Shown here one piece after another: positions 29,371 to 39,150 of a stretch of DNA of 64,000 nucleotides (positions within the stretch are counted from its first letter, which is position 1; the number at the start of each line of letters is the position of its first letter). A program made the translations under genes and the position numbers. The notes under the pieces are model-generated. The model did not search any database and was not told the DNA's origin. It saw only the letters and a list, made by a program, of their open reading frames with translations. This stretch comes from a virus, in the IMG/VR virus record IMGVR_UViG_3300018080_005856, positions 1 to 64,000 of that record; one strand, 5' to 3'.

Positions 29371-29568
29371 CTACTCTTCCTCTCCGTCTACTATCCTAAG
29401 AACATGATCGTCTTCTTTTACAATTACTTCGTCCAGTGAAAACTTAGGGTCATTTGACCTTCTCGCAAACCCAAGACAGTCACAACATCTCATTATGCCT
29501 CTCTCGTCCATATAAATGTCCACATCAGGATGGAGTTGTTTACACTGGGGGCATTCGATCATAACCAT
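29371..29568 (-). CDS. Small zinc-ribbon protein
   Basis: CPQC...CCDC. RBS and an upstream motif copy at 29594. Confidence 0.6.
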   Translation of the reverse strand: MVMIECPQCKQLHPDVDIYMDERGIMRCCDCLGFARRSNDPKFSLDEVIVKEDDHVLRIVDGEEE

Positions 29569-29608
29569 GACAGTACCTCCATAATATATTATTCATATAT
29601 ATGGAAAA

Positions 29609-29998
29609 CTAGGTGAGATCGCCCTGTGCTGTTTTCATGTTCTTGCGGGCCTTCTTCTGGGTTTTCTCGAGGCGCTTATGAACAGCAACATCAAGTCTGT
29701 AGGCTTGCTTATCTGTCTTATATATTGTTCGATTTAAATCCCTGGCTTCAGTTTCCATCGCCCTATGGAACTTTTGCAATGCCTTCTCCAGTGCAATTCT
29801 TTGCCCTTCACTTTCACTGAATGAATCGCCCGCGTCAAAGTTACACTTAGCGATACCTATATGTTCTCCGTAGCTGGATGAATCTTCATCTACGAACACT
29901 TTCAGGACACATTTTACTACCTTCTCGTTGTATGACCTGAACGATGCCACACCTGTAAAGGGGGCCATCTTTACTTTTATGCTCCTTTCCATTACCAT
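29609..29998 (-). CDS. Hypothetical phage protein
   Basis: GIAKC...D.F....G..IALEKA, a common phage pattern. Confidence 0.7.
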   Translation of the reverse strand: MVMERSIKVKMAPFTGVASFRSYNEKVVKCVLKVFVDEDSSSYGEHIGIAKCNFDAGDSFSESEGQRIALEKALQKFHRAMETEARDLNRTIYKTDKQAYRLDVAVHKRLEKTQKKARKNMKTAQGDLT

Positions 29999-30168
29999 AT
30001 CTCCTTCATGTCTTTGATCTTTGTTTCTAGCTTCCTGTTTATTTCCAGAGCGAGTTCATGGTCGGCGTCAGCATTGTCATGATCCAGTACAAATGCGATT
30101 ACATCCGGGCTATTACTATATACGGCCACTATGTTTCCGCCCCTTACTTCTACTACTACCTCTTTCAT
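29992..30168 (-). CDS. 58-aa hypothetical protein (not in the ORF track)
   Basis: MKEVVVEVRGGNIVAVYS..., AGGAG RBS, fills a gap. Confidence 0.6.
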   Translation of the reverse strand: MKEVVVEVRGGNIVAVYSNSPDVIAFVLDHDNADADHELALEINRKLETKIKDMKEIW

Positions 30169-30178
30169 ATGTATACTC

Positions 30179-30325
30179 CTACGTGAAAAGAGCTATTATT
30201 GCAGTCATCCCAGATGCTGAGGTAATAATAAGATTATTAGTACCTGAGTCTGATCCACCGAATGTAATAACTAATGTCACAGCTGCCCATATTCCGGCTA
30301 TTGCGATACCTTTTCCAATAGTCAT
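30179..30325 (-). CDS. 48-aa membrane peptide (not in the ORF track)
   Basis: MTIGKGIAIAGIWAAV..., AGGAGG RBS. Confidence 0.55.
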   Translation of the reverse strand: MTIGKGIAIAGIWAAVTLVITFGGSDSGTNNLIITSASGMTAIIALFT

Positions 30326-30436
30326 CCTTGGCCTCCTATAGTAGATAGTCCATTTATCCTTTTATAACTGCTATTGGTTTTAACTTCGTTATAATCTCAA
30401 CCAAATCGCTTTGTTCTTCCCATCCATATTCCACTC

Positions 30437-30841
30437 TCATTTGGTTTCTCCTTCAACTATTTCGCAAGCTCTTTCCCAGTTTTCCTTGAAGAATCCTGAT
30501 ATAGTTTCACGGCAGGTTATACACACTACTAATCCCGAGATAACCAAGATAATACATAGGCCTATAATAGTATATTGGCTAGTAGTTGGTACATATGCTG
30601 ACAAACCAAGGAACAATCTCCATGTATAGGGTATGATGTGATAAAATATCATACCCAAGCATGTAGATATGAATACAGAGAACACAAATGCAACCGCAAA
30701 CAGCCCGCCGGCCATAAGTATTCCAGCAGCTATCCCTGTCAGCTTGACCAGGTCCATTAGCTTAAGTCCCAAGAACACAAATACCTTCGCTATTGATTTA
30801 AACACTGTACTTTCTCCCTGTGGATGAGGCCTAGGCCCCAT
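30437..30841 (-). CDS. Membrane protein
   Basis: About 3 TM segments. Start probably at the internal GTG (VFKSIAK). Confidence 0.6.
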   Translation of the reverse strand: MGPRPHPQGESTVFKSIAKVFVFLGLKLMDLVKLTGIAAGILMAGGLFAVAFVFSVFISTCLGMIFYHIIPYTWRLFLGLSAYVPTTSQYTIIGLCIILVISGLVVCITCRETISGFFKENWERACEIVEGETK

Positions 30842-31442
30842 CCTTATCGCATTTATCCCAGTCTTCCTTCATTTCCCGGGCCTTCTTCTTTATATACCTG
30901 AAGATGACCTTCCTCGTTAAAAGATGCGCGCACTTAACTACTATAAGTGCTATTACGAACATTAAGAATATTTGCCATAGTGTCATTGGTTTCTCCTCCT
31001 TATCACTTGACTTAGATTCCTTTGGTACTTCTTTAATTATAATCTTCTCTACTACTTTTACTTCCTCTTCTGGGGGCGTATCTTCTCTATACACAATTTT
31101 GTCAATATAGCCGTCATCAAACAACAGGAAGCTAACACCTAGATGTTCATCGTGTGACCAGTTACCATATGTGAGATAGTGTCTAGATACCCAGCCCACG
31201 CCTTCAGCGGTCTGGGATCTAGTCTGTATCTGCAGTGTAGCAGATTCAGCGTAATTGTGTATTAAGTTGTATTCTGAAGTATTGTTGCCGAGCAGAGTCC
31301 CATTAAGATAGAAATCATACTCATCATAGTACTTAAAAACCAGCTCGCCTAATGGATGAGAACCTATAGGCGCACAACAAGACATAAGTCCAACAAGTAT
31401 GAGCGGTATACAACCCAGTATAACAGTCTTGAACCTTTTCAT
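30831..31442 (-). CDS. Putative lipoprotein with a C-terminal TM segment
   Basis: Signal peptide ending LMSC, and a hydrophobic C-terminal segment. Confidence 0.6.
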   Translation of the reverse strand: MKRFKTVILGCIPLILVGLMSCCAPIGSHPLGELVFKYYDEYDFYLNGTLLGNNTSEYNLIHNYAESATLQIQTRSQTAEGVGWVSRHYLTYGNWSHDEHLGVSFLLFDDGYIDKIVYREDTPPEEEVKVVEKIIIKEVPKESKSSDKEEKPMTLWQIFLMFVIALIVVKCAHLLTRKVIFRYIKKKAREMKEDWDKCDKDGA

Positions 31443-31446
31443 TACA

Positions 31447-31782
31447 TTACTCCTTTCTTAAGATACCCCCAAGGGAGGATACTCCTACTGTAGTTGGTTC
31501 TGTATTACGCCATTCTGCTTCCAGATTTACACCAACATCCTGACCACATTCGGGACATGTGAGAATGTCAATGTCATCCAAATACTCGTTGCAAAGCTGA
31601 ACCCACCTCTTCATATTGAGCCCGTTAGTATACTCAGTTTTAGGGTAGTCTGCACAATACAGCTTACCATTCTTTCGCTTCTTGATAATGAATATAATTC
31701 CCTCAAGTATGCGTTCACCGAACAGATATCCATCTAATCTTAGATTGTCTACCTCTTTACCACATTCTTCACACTTGAACAT
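31447..31782 (-). CDS. Zinc-ribbon protein
   Basis: CEEC...CPEC. Confidence 0.65.
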   Translation of the reverse strand: MFKCEECGKEVDNLRLDGYLFGERILEGIIFIIKKRKNGKLYCADYPKTEYTNGLNMKRWVQLCNEYLDDIDILTCPECGQDVGVNLEAEWRNTEPTTVGVSSLGGILRKE

Positions 31783-31793
31783 TGGTTACCTCC

Positions 31794-32066
31794 TTAAGGG
31801 GTTATCTTCCTTCTAAACAGGATATGAAGCTCTTTTATACTTCCTTTCTTTACAGTACTCTCTGTGCTCACCTCATTCTTACTGGAGCTTATGATTAATA
31901 CATCCTCTTCCCACAGGGGTGTGTCATCTATGTCTATATCAACATCAGATAGCTCAATCTTTTCTCCCTCCCATGTAACTATAGATACATCTACGTGGCC
32001 ATAATCATGGTCACAAGAACATCCAAGCCACATTGTTGCCAGTAGTATTACGCATAGTTTTCTCAT
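31794..32066 (-). CDS. Putative lipoprotein
   Basis: MRKLCVILLATMWLGC lipobox-like signal. Confidence 0.55.
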   Translation of the reverse strand: MRKLCVILLATMWLGCSCDHDYGHVDVSIVTWEGEKIELSDVDIDIDDTPLWEEDVLIISSSKNEVSTESTVKKGSIKELHILFRRKITP

Positions 32067-32332
32067 TTCTTTATCTCCTTGCCTTGTCAGATGTACCTAT
32101 CTGTTTATAATTATTATACCTTTCTGTTGCACTTATTCCTCGCCTATTGTTAAATATCCTTCTGTACCAATAGTTAACATCTTTTATGTGTCCACTAAAA
32201 TCAGGTTGTTCTAATAAATATTCTACTTTGCATAAATGTAATAGTCTTTTATCTATCATGTTTATCCCTCCGTATGATATTGAGCCGTCCTTCACACAAC
32301 ATCACATATTGACTTCGGGCTTCGCCACATCG

Positions 32333-32698
32333 TTAGTCGACATTGCCGCACTTTTTAGTTATGTTTGCAGCTAATTGATCTATATAGATTATTATTTTAT
32401 TTCTCATTTCCTCCTGAGTATCCGCACGATACCTGTATTCGAGATAATCTTCTATCTGATTTATGGTATTCTGGTAACTGCGGCAACGGTCGTCTAGCAC
32501 GGCATTTGAGTTCGCTTCGCACATTGCCTCATCCGGCTGTTTTTCCATGCATTCAGGACACTCAACATATGCATTGTCTTTTGTGGTATCATTTAATTTA
32601 TCTTTATATTTGCCTCTTAATCCTTTAATAAATTCTTTCCTCATTTTATTCTCATCCTCTGATTCTAAAAAGTACTCGTGCTTACACTTTTTACTCAT
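32333..32698 (-). CDS. Hypothetical protein
   Basis: ORF following tRNA-Pro. Confidence 0.6.
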   Translation of the reverse strand: MSKKCKHEYFLESEDENKMRKEFIKGLRGKYKDKLNDTTKDNAYVECPECMEKQPDEAMCEANSNAVLDDRCRSYQNTINQIEDYLEYRYRADTQEEMRNKIIIYIDQLAANITKKCGNVD

Positions 32699-32729
32699 AA
32701 CACTTTCCCCATGTCCTTTCCTCTAATAT

Positions 32730-32802
32730 TCGGGATAGAAGGATTCGAACCTTCGGACTCCTGGTCCCAAACCAGGCGTGGTGACCGCTCCACTATATCC
32801 CG
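32730..32802 (-). tRNA. tRNA-Pro(TGG), no encoded CCA
   Basis: CGGGATA-TA-GTGG/CCAC-CCTGG TTTGGGA CCAGG-GAAGG TTCGAAT CCTTC-TATCCCG-A. Confidence 0.92.
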
Positions 32803-33170
32803 TTATCCCCGCTACTAGCATATCTTGACCAGACATTAACATTATGTGGTCCAAAACATGCTACTATGTTCCTGGCTGGGGTGTGTATAAATCCTTTCTC
32901 TGAGTTCCCTTTATCATCCATTACATGTAACAATATTCTGACGGTATTGTTCTTGTCTATGCTCTGTATTTTACCTTCCACCCAGTGGGTTTTATGCAGC
33001 TTCTTTCCAGTGGTTGCTACTATTGGCGTGACCGCTTTATCAAAAGATATGGTAACTGCTTTATCCTTGTATTTTAACCAGCTATAGGCTCTCATAGTAT
33101 CAAACAAGCTAGGGGGCTCGCTAATGCACTTTGGACTGGGAGATTTCATCTTCCTTTTCCTCTTCCTCAT
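32793..33170 (-). CDS. Sm/Hfq-like paralogue
   Basis: LFDTMR...YKDKAVTI...VEGKIQSIDK..VRI...TPARNI. Confidence 0.5.
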   Translation of the reverse strand: MRKRKRKMKSPSPKCISEPPSLFDTMRAYSWLKYKDKAVTISFDKAVTPIVATTGKKLHKTHWVEGKIQSIDKNNTVRILLHVMDDKGNSEKGFIHTPARNIVACFGPHNVNVWSRYASSGDNGI

Positions 33171-33633
33171 CCTTGTCTTCCTTCATTAGTTCTTCTAGTG
33201 TAATCCCCTTGGCACTCATTATAAGCTCGTTCAGCTTCATTCTGGCAAATGCATTATCTCCAGCTTCATCCTTCATCCTCCTTGCTATATCACGCAGCCT
33301 TTCCATAGGCATCTCACTGGCTATCTCTGTTGCTCTGCTCTCTAGCATACTCATAATGGACATGGGGCCACTGCTCGGTATGTTCTCTCTTAGGTCTGAC
33401 AAGAGCTCCATTCCATTTGCCAGCTTTCTGTATTGGTCTACGAACATTAGGGCGAATACTCTTATCCGGTTAGGGTCCTCGGTTATCATTTTCTCTATGG
33501 CCTCTACTCTTTCCGACTGAGTTTCAGCGTTTGTCATCATGTTGGATATTACCTCGGCCCCTTTCTCGGCTATTTCCTGGGTGATACCACAGGCCTCAAA
33601 CATTGACTCAGCATCATGGTTATAGTCTTTCAT
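33121..33633 (-). CDS. Hypothetical helical protein
   Basis: AGGAGG RBS. Confidence 0.7.
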   Translation of the reverse strand: MKDYNHDAESMFEACGITQEIAEKGAEVISNMMTNAETQSERVEAIEKMITEDPNRIRVFALMFVDQYRKLANGMELLSDLRENIPSSGPMSIMSMLESRATEIASEMPMERLRDIARRMKDEAGDNAFARMKLNELIMSAKGITLEELMKEDKDEEEEKEDEISQSKVH

Positions 33634-33649
33634 ATCTTCCTCCTTGGGT

Positions 33650-33895
33650 CTATATAAATACTAGATCATTTGGGTTTGTTGCTACCCCTGTGTAGTTCAT
33701 AAACTCTTTCCAGTTGTTATCACAATGGAATACAACAAACACATACTTATCATTCCATGACTTTATTACGCCAACATCTACGCCATTCACATTCTTTGTT
33801 CCTTCTCTGAGTGCATCCAGTATGTTGACATGGTTAGCATGGTATAATACTGTCCTGCCTATGTCCCTATCTGTCAATGAATTTATCTCTATCAT
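33650..33895 (-). CDS. Hypothetical SH3-like phage protein
   Basis: DIGRTVLY...GVIKSWNDKYVFV...ATNPNDL. Confidence 0.65.
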   Translation of the reverse strand: MIEINSLTDRDIGRTVLYHANHVNILDALREGTKNVNGVDVGVIKSWNDKYVFVVFHCDNNWKEFMNYTGVATNPNDLVFI

Positions 33896-34323
33896 ATAAG
33901 TGCTCCATTATTGTCAGTAGCAGCTGGTTCAAATGTATAAAGGATGTCTTCTTCTCTTATCGTAGTTTCCAGAACATCAGCTATGTTATTCTTCAGAAAC
34001 GAGAGTGAGCATACCTTTTCCTTTATTGTTTTTGGAAGGAACATATCAAGGCACAGGGCGCTTCTAACAGCTCTGATCAAATGTATCTTGTCTATCCCCG
34101 TGAGGCTCCTGTTGGATCTCCAATTCCTCTTTGACCATTCCATAATGGCCCTTTCCCATTTCGCTATGTCCTTCGGGTACTTTCTAAACGATAACTGTCT
34201 TACCCCAAATACAGTCTTATGTACTGTAATCGCATATATATTATTAAGAAGACTAATAAATATTGCTCTTCCTCCAAGTTGTAATCCGGGTTGTGATCCA
34301 GATTGTTTATGTAGCTTGATCAT
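33892..34323 (-). CDS. Hypothetical protein
   Basis: Coupled ORF. Confidence 0.6.
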   Translation of the reverse strand: MIKLHKQSGSQPGLQLGGRAIFISLLNNIYAITVHKTVFGVRQLSFRKYPKDIAKWERAIMEWSKRNWRSNRSLTGIDKIHLIRAVRSALCLDMFLPKTIKEKVCSLSFLKNNIADVLETTIREEDILYTFEPAATDNNGALI

Positions 34324-34346
34324 CTCAATTCTCCAGGTTGTGAAAA

Positions 34347-34694
34347 CTACTCTTCATGTACCATGAAGCATTCTACCTCTAATGCTTCGTCCTCGTTCAA
34401 AACATCCAGATATTGATCCGGATATGGTACCAGATTTATATCTTCTATATTATGCTCAGGTACATCGAAGACTATTGATGGGTATACTGTACCCAGATTT
34501 GCAATCATAGTTACAGTTTCCCTTTCCGGAGATATTCTCTTCAACAAGACAGATAGTCTACGATATCCTCTGTTGTACGGGCCCATTCTAAAAGGACTAA
34601 ACTCTATTGGCATATAGAACCTAACGTTGCATATCTTGCCAACAAGATTGGTGAACCTTCCCATTCGGATAACCTTTGTTATGTCGTGACACAT
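34347..34694 (-). CDS. Sm/Hfq-like paralogue
   Basis: ITKVIR...LVGKICNV...LLKRISPERETVTM...VPEHNIEDI. Confidence 0.5.
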   Translation of the reverse strand: MCHDITKVIRMGRFTNLVGKICNVRFYMPIEFSPFRMGPYNRGYRRLSVLLKRISPERETVTMIANLGTVYPSIVFDVPEHNIEDINLVPYPDQYLDVLNEDEALEVECFMVHEE

Positions 34695-35062
34695 TAACTA
34701 TTTCCTGCGAAATCCTTTATCTTAACGATCTTTATAAACCCCGTATGGTATAACTCTTTTAGGGTGTCCATATGTATGCCTTTACAGCTATAATGGTCTG
34801 GTTTACCACTCTCATCTATCAACTTCATTATATTAGTCATAGAGGTATGTTCTACAGCCTGGTAGAGTGCGGCTTTGGCATGGTGTTCCTTTCCCCATGA
34901 ATGTTTGCCCTTCAGTGTCTTGACTCTCTTACCGTCTACCACAATACAGTATCCATCTTCATCGTCCATGACTTTGGTACTACTTTCTATGGCTTTCACA
35001 ACGGCGGCTCTGAAGCTCTTCTTCCTTATTTCTTCTGTGATATTAACCTTATCATTACTCAT
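34694..35062 (-). CDS. Hypothetical protein
   Basis: Coupled ORF. Confidence 0.6.
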   Translation of the reverse strand: MSNDKVNITEEIRKKSFRAAVVKAIESSTKVMDDEDGYCIVVDGKRVKTLKGKHSWGKEHHAKAALYQAVEHTSMTNIMKLIDESGKPDHYSCKGIHMDTLKELYHTGFIKIVKIKDFAGNS

Positions 35063-35068
35063 CTTTGC

Positions 35069-35440
35069 TTATTCTCCATTAACAATTGAGATTTCCGCCT
35101 CCCTCGCGTGACCTTCTCTGATCTCACGAATTATGTCTTTTACTGTGGTTGTGTTAAAGTCTACTACTGGATCTACTACTGGATTGTGGGTAATCCTTCT
35201 TATATACGTTGCTGGGATTCCCAAAAGAAGTACAATACCTTCAAAATATCCTGCTACATTAATTGTCCTAAGGTCTTCTGATATTTCCAGAACTACCACA
35301 TTCAAGGTGTCATATTGTCCAAACTCTTTGTATCCTGCTACCGTTATCATTACGTTCAAGTATATACGAGTGAAGCTATTAAGGTAGGGTTTAAAACCTT
35401 CAGCACGTAGTATATCTAATATATCCACACTTTGTTTCAT
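35069..35440 (-). CDS. Sm/Hfq-like paralogue
   Basis: ILDILR...YLNSFTRI...VVLEISEDLRTINV...IPATYIRRI. Confidence 0.5.
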   Translation of the reverse strand: MKQSVDILDILRAEGFKPYLNSFTRIYLNVMITVAGYKEFGQYDTLNVVVLEISEDLRTINVAGYFEGIVLLLGIPATYIRRITHNPVVDPVVDFNTTTVKDIIREIREGHAREAEISIVNGE

Positions 35441-35769
35441 AGCAGGGACACCTCAGCTTTCTCGAAGGCTTCGCTCTTGAACATATCAATAAGACGTTTG
35501 CTGTGCATATCACCAAGGCTAAGAGGCTCCACTCTCCTTACAAATCTTATAGGAATATCAGACAGAATGTTACAAGAATACCCAAAGTCGTATATTAGCC
35601 TAACATGTGAACAATCTTCTGATATTCCTAGTATTACCCCTACAAGCTCAAGTCCCCGCCATACCTCTTTGTCAGCAACTACATTAGCCAGTTTAATGAA
35701 ACAAATACAGCACAGTCTATTACTAAGCTCGGTAAACTGTGCCGCACGTATTACATCAGTGATGTTCAT
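35437..35769 (-). CDS. Sm/Hfq-like paralogue
   Basis: ITDVIR...LSNRLCCI...LVGVILGISEDCSHVRL...IPIRFVRRV. Confidence 0.5.
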   Translation of the reverse strand: MNITDVIRAAQFTELSNRLCCICFIKLANVVADKEVWRGLELVGVILGISEDCSHVRLIYDFGYSCNILSDIPIRFVRRVEPLSLGDMHSKRLIDMFKSEAFEKAEVSLL

Positions 35770-35774
35770 GGTGC

Positions 35775-36344
35775 CTATTTCATTATCTTCATAAGGTTAT
35801 CTTTTCCCATTCTCCTCAGGGCACGCTCCAGAAACTCTTGACTGTTGCAACGTATCTCTTGGGACGGTGGAGAATACCGACTGGAGAAAGTTACGGTGGC
35901 TAAGCTGTTAGTCTGGGTATCATAACAGATACCATACCTGCAACTTCTCCTGGGCTCTAGCTCGTCTAGTTCTTCTGCGAGGTCTCTAAGGCTTTGCGCT
36001 ATTATAAGAGCTTCTACATACTCTTCAGCTTCTTCCTCTGTCTTGAAGTAGTTTCCTATAGAGAATCTGAAATTATCTTCTCCACTTCTGGCATCTACAG
36101 TTTCCTCAATGGCTCCGTCATTTCCGACAAAGTGGTATGTGTCAAACCGTTTGCGCTTGCTGGTGCTCCGATGTTCTCCTCTCTCAAGCTTATCGATGTC
36201 CTCGCTCAGCTCTCTCACTTGCCTCTGATACATCAAAACACTATCTTCTAGAACTAGAAGCCTGTTGTCAATCTCCGATAGAGCATCTTTGATTTCCCTA
36301 TTTGAAAGACTCTTAGATATTGGTGCTTTAGATTTAGTGGGCAT
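35775..36344 (-). CDS. Hypothetical coiled-coil protein
   Basis: IGNYFKTEEEAE phage motif. AGGAGG RBS at 36344. Confidence 0.65.
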   Translation of the reverse strand: MPTKSKAPISKSLSNREIKDALSEIDNRLLVLEDSVLMYQRQVRELSEDIDKLERGEHRSTSKRKRFDTYHFVGNDGAIEETVDARSGEDNFRFSIGNYFKTEEEAEEYVEALIIAQSLRDLAEELDELEPRRSCRYGICYDTQTNSLATVTFSSRYSPPSQEIRCNSQEFLERALRRMGKDNLMKIMK

Positions 36345-37038
36345 TATGTTCCTCCTTTTCTTCACAGATATTGTGCGTATATCTCTTGTCATAGTTTGCT
36401 GTTGCTATTTCCAGAATTTCCCTGTTTATAGCTTTACCATGTTTATGAAACTCGAATGGTATATCACCAAACATATGAGATCCAAAACTACTAGAGAAGA
36501 ATTTCATCATATAGTTTTCTAGAATCCTGTTGTCTATTGATTGTACCAGTTCTACTAACAACGAAATGCCGTGTTTCCCTACAACCCGAGCTAGTGTTTC
36601 CACATCTTCCCTATTAGCAGCTCCACAAATTGTATGTATTGTAGGGCCCATGTGGCCCGTGTTTGCATATATCATGCATACATTCAGCATCCTATAACAG
36701 TTTTCACCAAACTTCTCTGCTTGATATGTTCTCAGTCTCTCGCCATATGTTCCTCTTCTGTAGAATACGTATCTATCTACGTCACCATCTAACATACCAA
36801 AGAACTTTAATGCTACCATGGTAGTCATCCACATGTTGATGTAATCTTCTTCCTTGCTTATGTATTTAAGCAGCTTCTTTGAAATCCATGGTATTTCATC
36901 TCCTGCTAGATCTGTTCTCTCGAAGAGTTCCAACATGGTTACCTCACTTTTGCCTCCGAATAGTTCCTCTACTCTTCTTCTTGGGTAGCCAGAACATGGC
37001 TTCCATGACATTATTAAACCTGGGGTCAGGGTTATCAT
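36334..37038 (-). CDS. Hypothetical protein
   Basis: Start moved to MITLTP, which has an AGGAGG RBS. Confidence 0.65.
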   Translation of the reverse strand: MITLTPGLIMSWKPCSGYPRRRVEELFGGKSEVTMLELFERTDLAGDEIPWISKKLLKYISKEEDYINMWMTTMVALKFFGMLDGDVDRYVFYRRGTYGERLRTYQAEKFGENCYRMLNVCMIYANTGHMGPTIHTICGAANREDVETLARVVGKHGISLLVELVQSIDNRILENYMMKFFSSSFGSHMFGDIPFEFHKHGKAINREILEIATANYDKRYTHNICEEKEEHNAH

Positions 37039-37085
37039 ATGATATTCCTCCTTTATTGTAATTTGTAGGTATAGAAACGAATAAA

Positions 37086-37454
37086 CTATTCGAACGAACA
37101 CTTAACCATAGTTGGTTTTGTACCGGACTTAGGTTGCGAATGAGTCCATGTATACATTGAGGGTACAGTATGTATCTCTCCTATCTTATCAAAGGGTATC
37201 CACATTCTTACTCGTGGGTATCCATACATGAAGGAGGAGTACTCGAATAATAGTTCATAATTATCATTTGTTCTTATCACTATTCCGTCTAGCTTGGAGG
37301 ATCTGTATATTTGACTCTTTTGGTCCTTCTCCTGGAGGATATTAACCTTTATCGCCCCGGCTATATGAATAACCACATGCTGGCCTATCTTATCTTCTAT
37401 GGATACTCGCCTCAGTTCGTTGAATATGTTAGCCACAGTGTGTCTCCTTCTCAT
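37086..37454 (-). CDS. Sm/Hfq-like paralogue
   Basis: IFNELRR...IGQHVVI...LDGIVIRTND...WIPFDKIGEI. Confidence 0.55.
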   Translation of the reverse strand: MRRRHTVANIFNELRRVSIEDKIGQHVVIHIAGAIKVNILQEKDQKSQIYRSSKLDGIVIRTNDNYELLFEYSSFMYGYPRVRMWIPFDKIGEIHTVPSMYTWTHSQPKSGTKPTMVKCSFE

Positions 37455-37855
37455 GCCGTAACGTAATATGTTGTTGTTTCATAGGACGCATACACTCCTC
37501 CAACATGGGCGGACATTTTGGAGTTGGTCCTAGGGTTGTCGTATAACATCTCCCAGGTTTCGCTACATCTTATCCTTCTTATACCGTAAATGAGATCTGC
37601 TGTTGTAGTATTTCTACCTGGAAAACCACTGCTGTGTGGCTGGATGAATATCTCAAACCCACTGTTGTATGCCAACTCGCGGATAGAGCTGATGTATACC
37701 CTAAATAAGTAATCTTGAATGAGCGATACATCTATATCTACAGGTCTTTTAGTAGATATAAGATTGCATAATCTTAAGGCCTGGCAGAAACCTATTTCAT
37801 CCACAAGGGCTTGCGGTAGCAAGCTGTGATTTGTCATGTCATTCCTCCTGCACAA
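37451..37855 (-). CDS. Hypothetical protein
   Basis: Coupled ORF. Confidence 0.6.
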   Translation of the reverse strand: MCRRNDMTNHSLLPQALVDEIGFCQALRLCNLISTKRPVDIDVSLIQDYLFRVYISSIRELAYNSGFEIFIQPHSSGFPGRNTTTADLIYGIRRIRCSETWEMLYDNPRTNSKMSAHVGGVYASYETTTYYVTA

Positions 37856-38213
37856 ACTTATCTAGGGATTTGGCGTTTACTCCAACAATTACATCCCATT
37901 CTGCGACGGTTGGCTTTACCATGTGCCTTGGTACTATACTGCTTATAGCATCAAAAGGAATTACAGCTCTCAAATCAATACTACTAGAAATGATTTGGTC
38001 TGGGCCAACCCTTGAATCAACAGTGAAACTATTATTGTCTACATATGTTACAATCCCATCCATGCATTCCACATATATGTTGGCTCTACTGTCAGGAATT
38101 AGATCATTATCATTTGCTGGTACCAGTACACATCTTTTCCCAATGTACTGTTCCAGTGACTTTCTTCTAAGTACATTAAACACAGTGGGAGATCTTTTTG
38201 ACATGTCAACCAA
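37839..38213 (-). CDS. Sm/Hfq-like paralogue (closest to Hfq)
   Basis: VFNVLRR...YIGKRCVL...MDGIVTYVDNNSFTV...VIPFDAISSIVP, compared with Hfq FLNALRR...QGQIESFD...VYKHAISTVVP. Confidence 0.6.
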   Translation of the reverse strand: MVDMSKRSPTVFNVLRRKSLEQYIGKRCVLVPANDNDLIPDSRANIYVECMDGIVTYVDNNSFTVDSRVGPDQIISSSIDLRAVIPFDAISSIVPRHMVKPTVAEWDVIVGVNAKSLDKFVQEE

Positions 38214-38374
38214 GCTCCATTACCTTAGCTTTCTTCTTAGTTCTGTAATAGTCAAGCACAAATTCTATATTCTTACCTATAGACCATTTACCCATAGGGG
38301 CGCTCTCTACAACTATTCCGTTCTCTTCTCTCAGACCGAAGACCCCATAAGGTAACTCTATTCTGTACCACATT

Positions 38375-38788
38375 TTATACCTTCCTAAACTTTATCCACT
38401 CTTTCCCATTCCATATCACATTATCATCCAATAAAGTTTCAGAGCTGCATTCCAATACATTGGCTAGATCTTCTTCATTGGGAGTATGTCTTCTCAGAAT
38501 ATCCTCATTTGTAACAGGGCTTACTGAGCGTATTTTGTCCACTGGTAGTGGTGCCAAAAAGGCAGTTCTTGTATCTATTAGTTTACCTTTTGGAGTTTCT
38601 CTCTTCCAGTGCATCACAAATAGTATACGGAGTTCTTCTCTATTTATGTCTAGTTGTTTGATAATAGCATAAAGGGAATACTTCGATTCTCTTAGTGATA
38701 TTAGACTAAGCATGTTCTTCATAGGGATATACCCAACCATTCTCAGGCAACTCATTGCGTTTATGTTACTATCCATCATACTCCTCAT
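38375..38788 (-). CDS. Sm/Hfq-like paralogue
   Basis: AMSCLR...MKNMLSLI...LYAIIKQLDI...LRI...LPVDKIRSVSP. Confidence 0.45.
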   Translation of the reverse strand: MRSMMDSNINAMSCLRMVGYIPMKNMLSLISLRESKYSLYAIIKQLDINREELRILFVMHWKRETPKGKLIDTRTAFLAPLPVDKIRSVSPVTNEDILRRHTPNEEDLANVLECSSETLLDDNVIWNGKEWIKFRKV

Positions 38789-39146
38789 TACATAGTATTC
38801 TGAGCCTGCACGGAGATATGCGTCTTATGGTTATTGTGTTGTTTATACCCATATAGTCGAAGGCATTTTCTGTTTCTACTATCCTGAAGCATTCCCCTAT
38901 ATGATCCTTTGAAAGTGTTCGCAGGAAGACAGCTGAGAACCTTTTTCCATCTATGACATATGTATCAGTCTCTGGTTCGTAAACCATGGTATCTTGTACT
39001 GATAGTAATGTTAACCATGGGAATAACAGCCAACGTAACCACGATGGTACTCTTTCTCCCTCTTTTCGTTTGAGTATCTTCCTGAAAATGACCCTGGCTA
39101 CAGTCCTCTTGTACTTCAGGTACTTATTGATAAGCTTGCTAATCAT
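38769..39146 (-). CDS. Hypothetical protein
   Basis: ORF in a co-oriented run. Confidence 0.6.
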   Translation of the reverse strand: MISKLINKYLKYKRTVARVIFRKILKRKEGERVPSWLRWLLFPWLTLLSVQDTMVYEPETDTYVIDGKRFSAVFLRTLSKDHIGECFRIVETENAFDYMGINNTITIRRISPCRLRILCNEEYDG

Positions 39147-39150
39147 GGGA

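Noticed and set aside
32294-32338. attC-like site (GACTAAC...GTTGTGT) after a stop codon
   Set aside because: It is only 45 nt, pairs weakly, occurs once, and there is no integron integrase in the window.
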